A stretch of DNA of 47,189 nt from an uncultured Enterobacteriaceae bacterium (lineage in GTDB: Bacteria; Pseudomonadota; Gammaproteobacteria; Burkholderiales; SG8-39). The notes under the pieces were generated by a model. It worked only from the letters and a program-made list of their open reading frames with translations. It was not told where the DNA came from and searched no databases. The stretch is taken from the NCBI GenBank assembly GCA_964546195.1, contig CAZJJC010000233.1, positions 1 through 47,189 of the forward strand. The letters run 5' to 3'. Made by a program: the position numbers and the translations under genes. Every line of letters starts with the position of its first letter. The first letter of the stretch is position 1. Shown here piece by piece: positions 7,099 through 17,176 of the stretch.

Positions 7099-9124
7099 CC
7101 AGCAGCGCAAGCGACCGGGCCTGCAACGCGTAGCTGCCGCTCTGCTGGAACGGCTGGTCGCTGGTGTCGAGGACGAGCTGCCAGCTCCCCGTAGGCAGCG
7201 CGAACGCGATGGTGTCGTCGTGCGCGTTCAGCAGCAGCAGCAGGTCGTCGTCCTCGACCAGCCGGCCGAGCTCGTCGCGCTCGGTGAGGCCGCGGCCCGA
7301 GATCAGGACGCCCAGGCAGCGCGCGGAGGCCTGGTTCCAGTCCTCGTCGCTCATCTCCTCGCCGTCGGGATTGAGCCAGGAGATGTCCTTCATCTCCGGG
7401 TCGCGCACCGTGCGGCCGCGGAAATAGGTCCGCCGCCTGAACAGCGCATGCCGGTTTCTAAGTTGAATCAATTTGCTTGTAAACGCGGCGAGCCCGCGGC
7501 CGGCTTCATCCAATTCCCAATCCACCCAGGACAGCGCGCTGTCGTGGCAGTAGGCGTTGTTGTTGCCGCGCTGGGTGCGTCCGAGCTCGTCGCCCGCCAA
7601 GAGCATCGGCACGCCCTGCGAGAACAGCAGCGTCGCGAGAAGGTTTCTCTTTTGCCTTTGCCTCAAGGCGAGTATGGAGGCGTCAGCCGTAGGCCCCTCG
7701 GCCCCGCAGTTCCAGCTGCGGTTGTTGCCCGAGCCGTCGCGGTTGGCCTCCAGGTTCGCCTCGTTGTGCTTGTCGTTGTAGCTGACGATATCCTGCAGCG
7801 TGAAGCCGTCGTGCGCGCTGAGGTAGTTGATGCTCGCGGTCGGCGCGCGGCCGGCGTGCTGGAAGATGTCGCTCGAGCCCGAAAGCCGCGACGCCACCTC
7901 GCCGATCACGCCGCCCTCGCCCTTCCAGTAGGAGCGCACCGTATCGCGGTACTTGTCGTTCCACTCCGCCCAGCCGGGCGGAAAATTGCCGAGCTGGTAG
8001 CCGCCCTCGGCCACGTCCCAGGGCTCGGCGATCAGCTTCACCTGGGAAATCACCGGGTCCTGGCGCACCGCCGAGAGGAAGGCGCCGTTGCGGTCGAAGA
8101 CGTGGGCGCCGCTGCGCGCGAGCGTCGAGGCGAGGTCGAAGCGAAAGCCGTCCACGTGCATCTCCTGCACCCAGTAGCGCAGGCTGTCCATGATGAGCGC
8201 GAGCACCACGCGATGGCTCGAATTGAGGCGGTTGCCGGTCCCGGGGAGGTTGAGGTAGCGCCGCGGCTGTGCGGGGTCCAGGCGGTAATAGACCAGGTTG
8301 TCGATGCCGCGGAAGCTCAAGGTGGGGCCGCTGTGGTCGCCTTCGGCGGTGTGGTTGTAGACCACGTCGAGGATCACCTCGATGCCCGCGGCATGCAGCG
8401 TCTTCACCATCGTCTTGAACTCGCCCAGCGTGCCGGTGGCCGAATAGCGCTGCTCGGGGGCGAAAAAGCCGATGCTGTTGTAGCCCCAGTGATTGCGCAG
8501 GCCCTGCTGCACCAGGCGCCGCTCGTCGACGAAGCTGTGCACCGGCAGCAGCTCGACCGCGGTAACGCCGAGCTCCTTCAGGTGGCGGATGACCGGCGCG
8601 GTCGCGAGCCCGGCGTAAGTGCCGCGCAGCTGCTCGGGCACCTCGGGATGCAGCTGGGTGAAGCCCTTGACGTGCAGCTCGTAGATGACGCTGTCCTGCC
8701 AGGGCGTGCGCGGCGGCCGGTCGTCGCCCCAGCTGAAGGCCGTGTCGACCACCCGGCAGCGCCCGAGGCCCGCGGCGATCTTTCCCTTCAGAAGCTTGGC
8801 GTACGGATCGAGCAGGATCTTGGTGGCATCAAAGCGGTGGCCGCGATCCGCATCGTGCGGGCCATGGGCGCGGTAGGCGTACAGCTGGCCGGGACGCGCT
8901 TCCGGAAGGTAGCAGTGCCAGACGAAATCGGTGCGCTCGCGCACCTCGACGCGCTCGATCTCGCGCCGCCCTTTCGGGTCGAACAGGCACAGCTGGACGC
9001 GCTCGGCGTGCTTGGAGAACAGCGCGAAGTTGACGCCGGCGCCGTCCCAGGTGGCGCCCAGGGGATAAGGACGGCCGCGCCAGACGGCGGCCGGCGCGAT
9101 CACGATGCGGGAGGGGGCGTCCAC
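7058..9124 (-). CDS. glgX: glycogen debranching enzyme
   Basis: 688-aa ORF with GH13 motifs DVVYNHT, GFRFDLAS, EPWD and NYLSAHDGFTL, plus N-terminal PLGATWDGAGVNFALFS. Confidence 0.92.
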   Translation of the reverse strand: MDAPSRIVIAPAAVWRGRPYPLGATWDGAGVNFALFSKHAERVQLCLFDPKGRREIERVEVRERTDFVWHCYLPEARPGQLYAYRAHGPHDADRGHRFDATKILLDPYAKLLKGKIAAGLGRCRVVDTAFSWGDDRPPRTPWQDSVIYELHVKGFTQLHPEVPEQLRGTYAGLATAPVIRHLKELGVTAVELLPVHSFVDERRLVQQGLRNHWGYNSIGFFAPEQRYSATGTLGEFKTMVKTLHAAGIEVILDVVYNHTAEGDHSGPTLSFRGIDNLVYYRLDPAQPRRYLNLPGTGNRLNSSHRVVLALIMDSLRYWVQEMHVDGFRFDLASTLARSGAHVFDRNGAFLSAVRQDPVISQVKLIAEPWDVAEGGYQLGNFPPGWAEWNDKYRDTVRSYWKGEGGVIGEVASRLSGSSDIFQHAGRAPTASINYLSAHDGFTLQDIVSYNDKHNEANLEANRDGSGNNRSWNCGAEGPTADASILALRQRQKRNLLATLLFSQGVPMLLAGDELGRTQRGNNNAYCHDSALSWVDWELDEAGRGLAAFTSKLIQLRNRHALFRRRTYFRGRTVRDPEMKDISWLNPDGEEMSDEDWNQASARCLGVLISGRGLTERDELGRLVEDDDLLLLLNAHDDTIAFALPTGSWQLVLDTSDQPFQQSGSYALQARSLALLVKPNRSGPARTGG

Positions 9125-9314
9125 TGCGCGCTAGATTACCTCAGGCGCTGACAGCTTGAAGACAGGTTTGTAACGACGGTACTACAAGCGGTCGGCGCGG
9201 CACTACCATCTGAATCAAGTCCGGTCGATAGTCACTGTTAGCACTACTCCCTATCATGCGGCGCGAGACCAACAAGAACCCTCTACACTCTCTCCGGACG
9301 CACCCACCAAAGTT

Positions 9315-10283
9315 ATGAGCATAGTTGCCCTGGTTCTCGCCGGCGGCGAAGGCACGCGGCTCTATCCGTTGACCGCGGAGCATGCCAAGCCGGCGCTGCC
9401 GTTCGCGAACGGCTACCGCATCGTCGACTTCGTGCTGAGCAACCTGGTCAACTCCGACATCTCCACCATCTACTTGCTCGCGCAGTACAAGCCGGCTTCG
9501 CTGGTGCGCCACATCGAGGCGGCGTGGGCGCCGTGGCTCGCGCAGGGCGAGGGCATGATCAAGGTGCTGCTGCCGCGTTCGAACACCTACGGCGGGCAGT
9601 TCAAGGGCACCGCAGACGCGGTTTATCAATATCTCGACGTGCTGCAGGCCCACTCGCCGGACATCGTCGCGGTATTCGCCGCCGATCACGTCTACCGCAT
9701 GGACGTGCGCCAGATGATCGCCTTTCACCGCAGCAAAAAGGCGGAAGTCACCGTTGCCGCGGTCGCGGTGCCGGCGGAGAAGGCTTCTTCCTTCGGCATC
9801 GTGTCGACGCAGGCCGACGGGCGCGTGCACGCGTTCCACGAGAAGCCGCCGCGCGCACCGACGCTGCCGCACAATCCGGCGCGTGCCTACGCGTCGATGG
9901 GCAACTATCTGTTCGAGCCTGACGTCCTGGAAACGGCGCTGGTGGAGGGGCGCAGCCGCGGCGAGACCGATTTCGGGCGCGACATCCTGCCGCGCCTTTG
10001 CGGCGGCGCGCGCGTGTTCGCCTACGACTTCTCCGAGAACCTCGTGCCCGGCGTGCAGGAGTTCGAGGAGCGGGCCTATTGGCGCGACGTGGGCACGCTC
10101 ACCGCGCTCGCCGCCGCGCAGCAGGACGCCATGGGGCAGCGGCCGCGCTTCAACCTGGGGAACGGGCGCTGGCCGATTCGCGGCGAGCACGACGCCGACT
10201 CGCCTGCGCTCGGCGCTACGCCGGCGGCCTGGCAAGCCGCGCATAGAGATCTGCGTATCGACGAGCGGCTGCAGTCCAGCTGA
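9315..10283 (+). CDS. glgC: glucose-1-phosphate adenylyltransferase-like protein with the catalytic domain only
   Basis: LAGGEGTRLYPLT, KPALPF, FKGTADAV and YWRDVGT...WPIR align to the GlgC N-terminal domain. The ORF stops about 25 aa after WPIR (322 aa in total), so the left-handed beta-helix domain is absent. Confidence 0.8.
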   Translation: MSIVALVLAGGEGTRLYPLTAEHAKPALPFANGYRIVDFVLSNLVNSDISTIYLLAQYKPASLVRHIEAAWAPWLAQGEGMIKVLLPRSNTYGGQFKGTADAVYQYLDVLQAHSPDIVAVFAADHVYRMDVRQMIAFHRSKKAEVTVAAVAVPAEKASSFGIVSTQADGRVHAFHEKPPRAPTLPHNPARAYASMGNYLFEPDVLETALVEGRSRGETDFGRDILPRLCGGARVFAYDFSENLVPGVQEFEERAYWRDVGTLTALAAAQQDAMGQRPRFNLGNGRWPIRGEHDADSPALGATPAAWQAAHRDLRIDERLQSS

Positions 10284-11616
10284 AGTCGCATTTCATTCCC
10301 GCCTGCTGGATTCTCGCCCAGCGGGTAGGGTCCCTGTAGGCGGCGAGCGCGCGGCGCACCGCCGCGGCCAGCGCCGCGGGCTCGGCGCGCTCGAACAGGA
10401 ATCCGGTGACGCCGTCGACGATCGTGTCCACCAGCCCGCCGGTGGCGCGGGCCACCGGCGGCGTGCCGTAGCGCTGGCTGTACATCTGGTTCAGCCCGCA
10501 GGGCTCGAAGCGCGAGGGCATCAGGAACGCGTCGGCGCCCGCTTCGATGCCGTGCGCGAGCTCCTCGCTGAAGCCGATCTCGACCGCGATCCTGCCGGGA
10601 TGGCGCGCGGCCAGCGCACGCAGCGCGTCCTCGTGCGCGCGCTCCCCCTTGCCGAGCAGCGCGAGCTGCGCCGGCATCGCGGCGAGCTCCTCGGCGGCCT
10701 GCGCCACGATGTCGGAGCCCTTCTGGTGCGTCAGGCGGCTGACCATCCCGAGCAGCGGCAGGTCCTCGTCCGGGCGCAACCCCATGCGCCGCTGCAGCGC
10801 CGCCTTGTTGGCCGCCTTGGCCTCCAGCGTGTGCGCTTCATACCGCTGGGCGATGCGCGGGTCGGCGGCGGGATTCCACGCCGCGCCATCGATGCCGTTG
10901 AGGATGCCGCTGAGCACCCCGCGCCGGCGGCGCAGCAGGCCGTCGAGCCCGCAGCCCAGCGCCTCGGTCTGAATCTCGCGCGCGTAGCTCGGGCTCACCG
11001 TGGTGAGCGCGTCGGCGTAGGCGATGCCCCCCTTGAGGAACGACAGGCGTCCGTGGAACTCCACGCCGTCCACATGAAAGCTCGCCTGCGGCAGCTCCAG
11101 CCGGCGCAGCAGCGCGGCGTCGAAGCTGCCCTGGAACGCGAGGTTGTGGATCGTCATGACCGACGCGGCGTGCTGCGCTTCGAAATGCAGGTAAACGGGC
11201 GCGAGCGCCGCCGGCCAATCGTGGCAATGCACCACGTCCGGCCGCCAGTCGAGCGGCGAGCGCGCCGTGCCCAGAAGCGCGGCCGCCTTCGACAGCAGGC
11301 CGAAGCGCAGCGCGTTGTCGTCCCAGTCGCGCCCGTCGTGCGTCTGGTAGGGACCGCCGTCGCGCGCGTAAAGCTCGGGGCAGTCGAGGACGAGCAACGC
11401 TCCGGCTTCCAGCAGGCGGCAGTCATGCCCCAATAGATTCAAGGTTGACACCGCCTGCGCGTCCACCCCCGCCAGGACTTCGCGATACCCCGGCAGCAGC
11501 GTGCGCACGTCGATCCCCGCAGCGCGCAGCGCGCAAGGCAGCGCCTCGCTCACGTCGCCGAGCCCGCCCGTCTTGGTGAGCGGGGCGCATTCCGGTGTCA
11601 CGAAAAGCACGCGCAT
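10216..11616 (-). CDS. glgA: glycogen synthase
   Basis: 466-aa ORF starting MRVLFVTPECAPLTKTGGLGDV (KTGGL motif), with the GT5 C-terminal region PSRFEPCGLNQMY. Confidence 0.92.
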   Translation of the reverse strand: MRVLFVTPECAPLTKTGGLGDVSEALPCALRAAGIDVRTLLPGYREVLAGVDAQAVSTLNLLGHDCRLLEAGALLVLDCPELYARDGGPYQTHDGRDWDDNALRFGLLSKAAALLGTARSPLDWRPDVVHCHDWPAALAPVYLHFEAQHAASVMTIHNLAFQGSFDAALLRRLELPQASFHVDGVEFHGRLSFLKGGIAYADALTTVSPSYAREIQTEALGCGLDGLLRRRRGVLSGILNGIDGAAWNPAADPRIAQRYEAHTLEAKAANKAALQRRMGLRPDEDLPLLGMVSRLTHQKGSDIVAQAAEELAAMPAQLALLGKGERAHEDALRALAARHPGRIAVEIGFSEELAHGIEAGADAFLMPSRFEPCGLNQMYSQRYGTPPVARATGGLVDTIVDGVTGFLFERAEPAALAAAVRRALAAYRDPTRWARIQQAGMKCDFSWTAAARRYADLYARLARPPA

Positions 11617-11652
11617 CCGGCAGCTATTCTAGGGAAATGCGACTATCCTCGA

Positions 11653-11880
11653 ATGCGTGAACCTCACGTAGCGGACCCGCTACAGATGACCGTCACTTGC
11701 CTGTGCGCGCTCTGGTGCGACAGCTGCGAGGCCTACCGCCCCGGATTCTTCGAGCTGGCGAGAGAGTTCCCGCAGGCCGTCCTCATAGAGCACAAAGGCC
11801 GGGAGCTTTTCTACGGGCCGCTGCCTCTACAGCATGAGCACCTCAGGCGTCTTATCGAATCCTTCAAGGAAAGAGCTTAG
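11653..11880 (+). CDS. short thioredoxin-like CxxC protein (possibly truncated or degenerate)
   Basis: 75-aa ORF (alternative ATG at 11686) containing LWCDSCEAYRP and a C-terminal FYGPLP...LRRLIESF. No clear SD. The 3' end overlaps the pyrF 3' end by 17 nt. Confidence 0.4.
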   Translation: MREPHVADPLQMTVTCLCALWCDSCEAYRPGFFELAREFPQAVLIEHKGRELFYGPLPLQHEHLRRLIESFKERA

Positions 11881-12561
11881 CGATCGTCTCCTGGATAGAC
11901 TGCGCCGCGGCGCGCGGGTCGCTCGCCTGCCGGATCGGCCGGCCGACCACGATGTAGTCGGCGCCGGCGGCAAAGGCCTGCGCGACGTCGACCGTGCGCT
12001 TCTGGTCGTCGGCCTTGTTCTCCACCGGCCGGATGCCCGGGGCGACGACGAGCAGGCGGTCCTTGAACTCAGCCTTCAGCCGCGCGGCTTCCAGGCCCGA
12101 GGAGATGACGCCGTCGCAGCCCGCCTCGAGGGCGCGGCGCGCGCGCGACAGCACCAGGCGCTCGAGCTCGCAGGAGAAGCCGAGGTCATCCAGGTCGCCG
12201 CGGTCCAGGCTGGTGAGCACCGTGACCGCCAGGATCTTCACCTCGCCCTTCTCGCTGCCCGCCGCCTGCATCATCGCCTGGTTGCCGTGCACGGTGGCAA
12301 AGGTGACGCCGCGGCCGCGCAGCCTGGCCACGGCGCGGCGCACCGTCTCCGGCACGTCGAAGAACTTGAGGTCGACGAACACCTTGTTGCGCCGCGCGAC
12401 CAGCCAGTCGATGAGCTCGAAATACCCGCCGGCCATGAACAGCTCCAGGCCGATCTTGTAGAACCGCGCAGCGTCGCCGATTCTCTCCACCAGCGCGCGC
12501 GCCTCGGCCGGCGTCGGCACGTCGAGCGCCACGATGAGTCGCTCGGCGCGCGGAATTTCGT

Positions 12562-12565
<4 letters not shown>
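11864..12565 (-). CDS. pyrF: orotidine 5'-phosphate decarboxylase
   Basis: Starts at the internal ATG (MNEIPRAERLIVALDV...). Motifs DLKFFDVPETV and VVGRPI are present. The longer upstream extension of the ORF is low-complexity Arg/Gly/Ala. Confidence 0.92.
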
Positions 12566-14318
<1,753 letters not shown>

Positions 14319-14322
14319 CGCC

Positions 14323-14592
14323 ATGGCGCGCGTCGTGTTCACTTCCAATCTGCTGCGCCATGTCGAATGTCCGGAGAGCGAGGTGGCCGCCGAGACGCTC
14401 GGCGGGGCGCTGCAGCAGGTCTTCGCCGCGCATCCCAGGGTGCGCGACTACGTGCTCGACGAGCAAGGCGAGCTGCGCAAGCACGTGGTGGTGTTCATCG
14501 ACGGGCAACGCGCGCGCGACCGCAGCGGGTTGAGCGATGCGGTGCGCCCCGCGAGCGAGATCTACGTCCTTCAGGCCTTGAGCGGAGGTTGA
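14323..14592 (+). CDS. MoaD/ThiS-family ubiquitin-like protein with C-terminal Gly-Gly
   Basis: 89-aa ORF ending ...IYVLQALSGG*. Size and C-terminal GG are typical of sulfur-carrier beta-grasp proteins. Starts 4 nt after the wrbA stop. Confidence 0.8.
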   Translation: MARVVFTSNLLRHVECPESEVAAETLGGALQQVFAAHPRVRDYVLDEQGELRKHVVVFIDGQRARDRSGLSDAVRPASEIYVLQALSGG

Positions 14593-14594
14593 GC

Positions 14595-15641
14595 ATGAAG
14601 CTCTACGTCGGCACCCGGAAGGGGTTGTTCGTACTCGAGGACGGGAAGCTGCGGCCGCCGCACTTCCTCGGCGATCCGGTCAGCATGGTGCTCGCGGATG
14701 GGCGAGATCTGTATGCAGCGCTCAACCTCGGCCATTTCGGGGTGAAGCTGCGCCGCTCGGCAACCGGCGGGGACACCTGGGAAGAAGTCGCCTCGCCCGC
14801 CTATCCGCCGCAGCCCGAGGACGACAAGACCCCCTGGAAGCTCGCGCAGATCTGGTCGCTCGAGGCCGGGGGCGGCAGCCTGTGGGCGGGCACCATTCCC
14901 GGCGGCCTGTTCCGCTCGACCGATCGCGGCGCGAGCTGGCAGCTCGTGGAAAGCCTGTGGCAGCGACCGGAGCGCGCCGAGTGGTTCGGCGGCGGCTACG
15001 ACCAGCCCGGCATCCATTCGATCTGCCTGGATCCGGGCGACAGCCGCCGCGTCACGCTGGCGGTCTCCTGCGGCGGCGTCTGGCAGAGCGGCGACGGCGG
15101 CGGCAGCTGGTCGCTCGCGGCGAAGGGCATGCGCGCCGCGTACATGCCGCCGGACAGGATCGACGACCAGAACATCCAGGATCCGCACCGGATGGTGCAA
15201 TGCGCCGGGCGCCCCGATACGCTGTGGGTGCAGCACCACAACGGCATCTTCCGCTCAACCGACGGCGCGGCGAGCTGGCATGAGGTCGCCGGCGAAACCG
15301 TGTCGAAGTTCGGCTTCACTGCCGCCGTGCACCCGAGGGACGGCGATACCGCGTGGTTCGTTCCCGCAGTGAAGGACGAGTGCCGCGTGCCCGTCGGCGC
15401 GGCGCTGTGCGTAACGCGCACCCGCAATGGCGGCAAGTCGTTCGAGGTCCTGCGGCGGGGATTGCCCCAGGAGCACGCCTACGATCTGGTGTACCGCCAT
15501 GGCCTGGCGCTCGACAGCTCGGGCAACTGCCTTGCGCTCGGCTCGACCACCGGCGGGCTTTGGATCTCGCAAGACCAGGGCGATTCATGGCGCTGCATCT
15601 CCACCCAGCTTCCCCCCGTCTATTGCGTGCGCTTCGGCTGA
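14595..15641 (+). CDS. cytoplasmic BNR/Asp-box repeat beta-propeller protein
   Basis: ATG at 14595 preceded by GGAGG (14584-14588). Repeated SxDxGxSW boxes (STDRGASW, SGDGGGSW, STDGAASW, SQDQGDSW, SATGGDTW). No signal peptide. Confidence 0.8.
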   Translation: MKLYVGTRKGLFVLEDGKLRPPHFLGDPVSMVLADGRDLYAALNLGHFGVKLRRSATGGDTWEEVASPAYPPQPEDDKTPWKLAQIWSLEAGGGSLWAGTIPGGLFRSTDRGASWQLVESLWQRPERAEWFGGGYDQPGIHSICLDPGDSRRVTLAVSCGGVWQSGDGGGSWSLAAKGMRAAYMPPDRIDDQNIQDPHRMVQCAGRPDTLWVQHHNGIFRSTDGAASWHEVAGETVSKFGFTAAVHPRDGDTAWFVPAVKDECRVPVGAALCVTRTRNGGKSFEVLRRGLPQEHAYDLVYRHGLALDSSGNCLALGSTTGGLWISQDQGDSWRCISTQLPPVYCVRFG

Positions 15642-15961
15642 CCGCGGCGAGCAGCCTCGCGCTGCTGTTCGTGCTGTCGATCTCGTGGGAGCTGTGGCTC
15701 GCGCCTTTGCGGCCGGGAGGCTCGCTCGTGGCGCTCAAGGCCTTGCCGTTGGTCCTCGCCTTCCCCGGCATCGCCGCGGGCAGGCGCTACACCTACCAGT
15801 GGTCCAGCATGCTGGTGCTCGCCTATTTCGCCGAGGGCGTGATGCGCGCCTGGAGCGAGCGCGGCCTGTCGCAGGCGCTCGCCGCCGCCGAAATCGCGCT
15901 CAGCCTCTTTTTTTTCGCCGCGGCGGTGAGCTTTGCCCGGCTGACTCGAGCAGCCGCTTAG
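15587..15961 (+). CDS. DUF2069-like small membrane protein
   Basis: About 124 aa with 3-4 hydrophobic segments and YQWSSMLVLAYFAEGVMRAWSE. The start is uncertain: ATG 15587 overlaps the upstream gene by 55 nt, and a TTG near 15620 is an alternative. Confidence 0.6.
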   Translation: MALHLHPASPRLLRALRLTAASSLALLFVLSISWELWLAPLRPGGSLVALKALPLVLAFPGIAAGRRYTYQWSSMLVLAYFAEGVMRAWSERGLSQALAAAEIALSLFFFAAAVSFARLTRAAA

Positions 15962-16757
15962 CGGCGGCGTAGATCGGCACTTCGATAAGCGCGCCGTCGA
16001 CTTTGGCCCGCTCCTTCCCCTTTGCCCGGGCCTTCTCGAACGCCGCCACGATGCGGCGCGCCTTCGCCAGCTCCGCCCTCGAGGCTGAAAAGACCGCGTT
16101 GAGCGCTTTCGCGTGGGCCGGGACGACCAGGCTTTTCATGCGGTAGCCCAGGGATTTCGCGTGGCGCGCGTCGGCCATCAGCCCTTTGAGGTCGCTGAAC
16201 GTGTAGGGACAATCGATCGCCTCGACCCCGGCGGCGCGGCACTCGAGGAGGAAGCGCGCGCGCACGTAGGCGAGCTCGGCGCCGCCACGGGTGCGTACCG
16301 TGCCCAGGTTGGCCACCATGTCCTCGCTCGCCACCAGCATGGCGACGACGCGCTTGCTCGCCTTTCCGATGGCATAGGTGTTCACCAGGCCGGCGGCGGT
16401 TTCGATGTTGGGCACCAGGTCGACTGCGCTGCCGGTGGCCGCCTCGAGCGCCTTCACCTGCTCGGGCGTCTCCACCTTGGACATCAGGATGAGGTCGGGG
16501 CGGGCCGCGATCACCCCGGCAAGGTCTTCGCGTCCGCCGCTTTCCAGCGGGTTGATGCGCACCCCGGCGACGGCGCCCGCGCCGCGCCAGCGCTCGAGCG
16601 CCTGCTCGGAAAGCGCCCGCGCCCTGGGCCGCAGCTCGGGCGGCGTGAAGTCCTCCAGCTCGAGGATGACCACGTCGGCGCCGCTGCGGGCGGCCGCCTC
16701 GTGGGCAGACTCGTCGGCTCCCGGCACGAACAGCCAGGAGCGCCGGTTCAGGGGCAT
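15900..16757 (-). CDS. HpcH/HpaI aldolase / citrate lyase beta-subunit (CitE)-like lyase
   Basis: 285-aa ORF with SWLFVPG, VILELEDF and NIETAAG, typical of CitE/malyl-CoA lyase-like enzymes. Confidence 0.85.
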   Translation of the reverse strand: MPLNRRSWLFVPGADESAHEAAARSGADVVILELEDFTPPELRPRARALSEQALERWRGAGAVAGVRINPLESGGREDLAGVIAARPDLILMSKVETPEQVKALEAATGSAVDLVPNIETAAGLVNTYAIGKASKRVVAMLVASEDMVANLGTVRTRGGAELAYVRARFLLECRAAGVEAIDCPYTFSDLKGLMADARHAKSLGYRMKSLVVPAHAKALNAVFSASRAELAKARRIVAAFEKARAKGKERAKVDGALIEVPIYAAAKRLLESAGQSSPPRRKKRG

Positions 16758-17176
16758 GCGCGCATCGCCTCGCGCACCTGGGCGAGCCGCTCGCCCTTCA
16801 GCTCGTCGGGCACGTAGACGCGCTCGCCGTCGTCATTGATCTGCGCCAGCGGCCGTCCGCTGGAGAGCCGGGCGTGCTCCAGGCGCAGCGCCTTGCAGCG
16901 CGCCTCCAGCGCCGCGCGCAAGCTCGCCTCGGCCTGCGCACGCTCGTTCTGGCGCCGCCTGAAATCGGCCTCCTGCCGCGCAAAGTCCTCGTCGCGCCGC
17001 GCGGGCTGCGCTCCCGAGACGGACGGCAGCGGGCCGATGTCGACCTCGCCGCCCTTGCAGCCCGGCAGCGGGGCGTCGGTGTAGTGCGTCACGCCCTTGC
17101 TGTCGACGCACTTGTACATCTGTGCAGCGCATGGAAACGAGAGAAGCAGCGTGGCCGCGAGGAATATTGTTCTCAC
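16748..17176 (-). CDS. secreted DUF4124-like protein
   Basis: Signal peptide [19 protein letters not shown], then [15 protein letters not shown] (DUF4124-type N-terminus) and a charged coiled region. The GTG start overlaps the leuA stop (GTGA). Confidence 0.75.
   Translation of the reverse strand: MRTIFLAATLLLSFPCAAQMYKCVDSKGVTHYTDAPLPGCKGGEVDIGPLPSVSGAQPARRDEDFARQEADFRRRQNERAQAEASLRAALEARCKALRLEHARLSSGRPLAQINDDGERVYVPDELKGERLAQVREAMRACP

Noticed and set aside
4555-9151. Long antisense ORFs opposite glgP (4555-6282, minus) and glgX (7220-9151, plus)
   Set aside because: Same reasoning as above: they mirror strongly supported GT35 and GH13 genes and are low-complexity, with no independent signals. 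The many other 60-300 aa overlapping ORFs in the track were dismissed on the same grounds.
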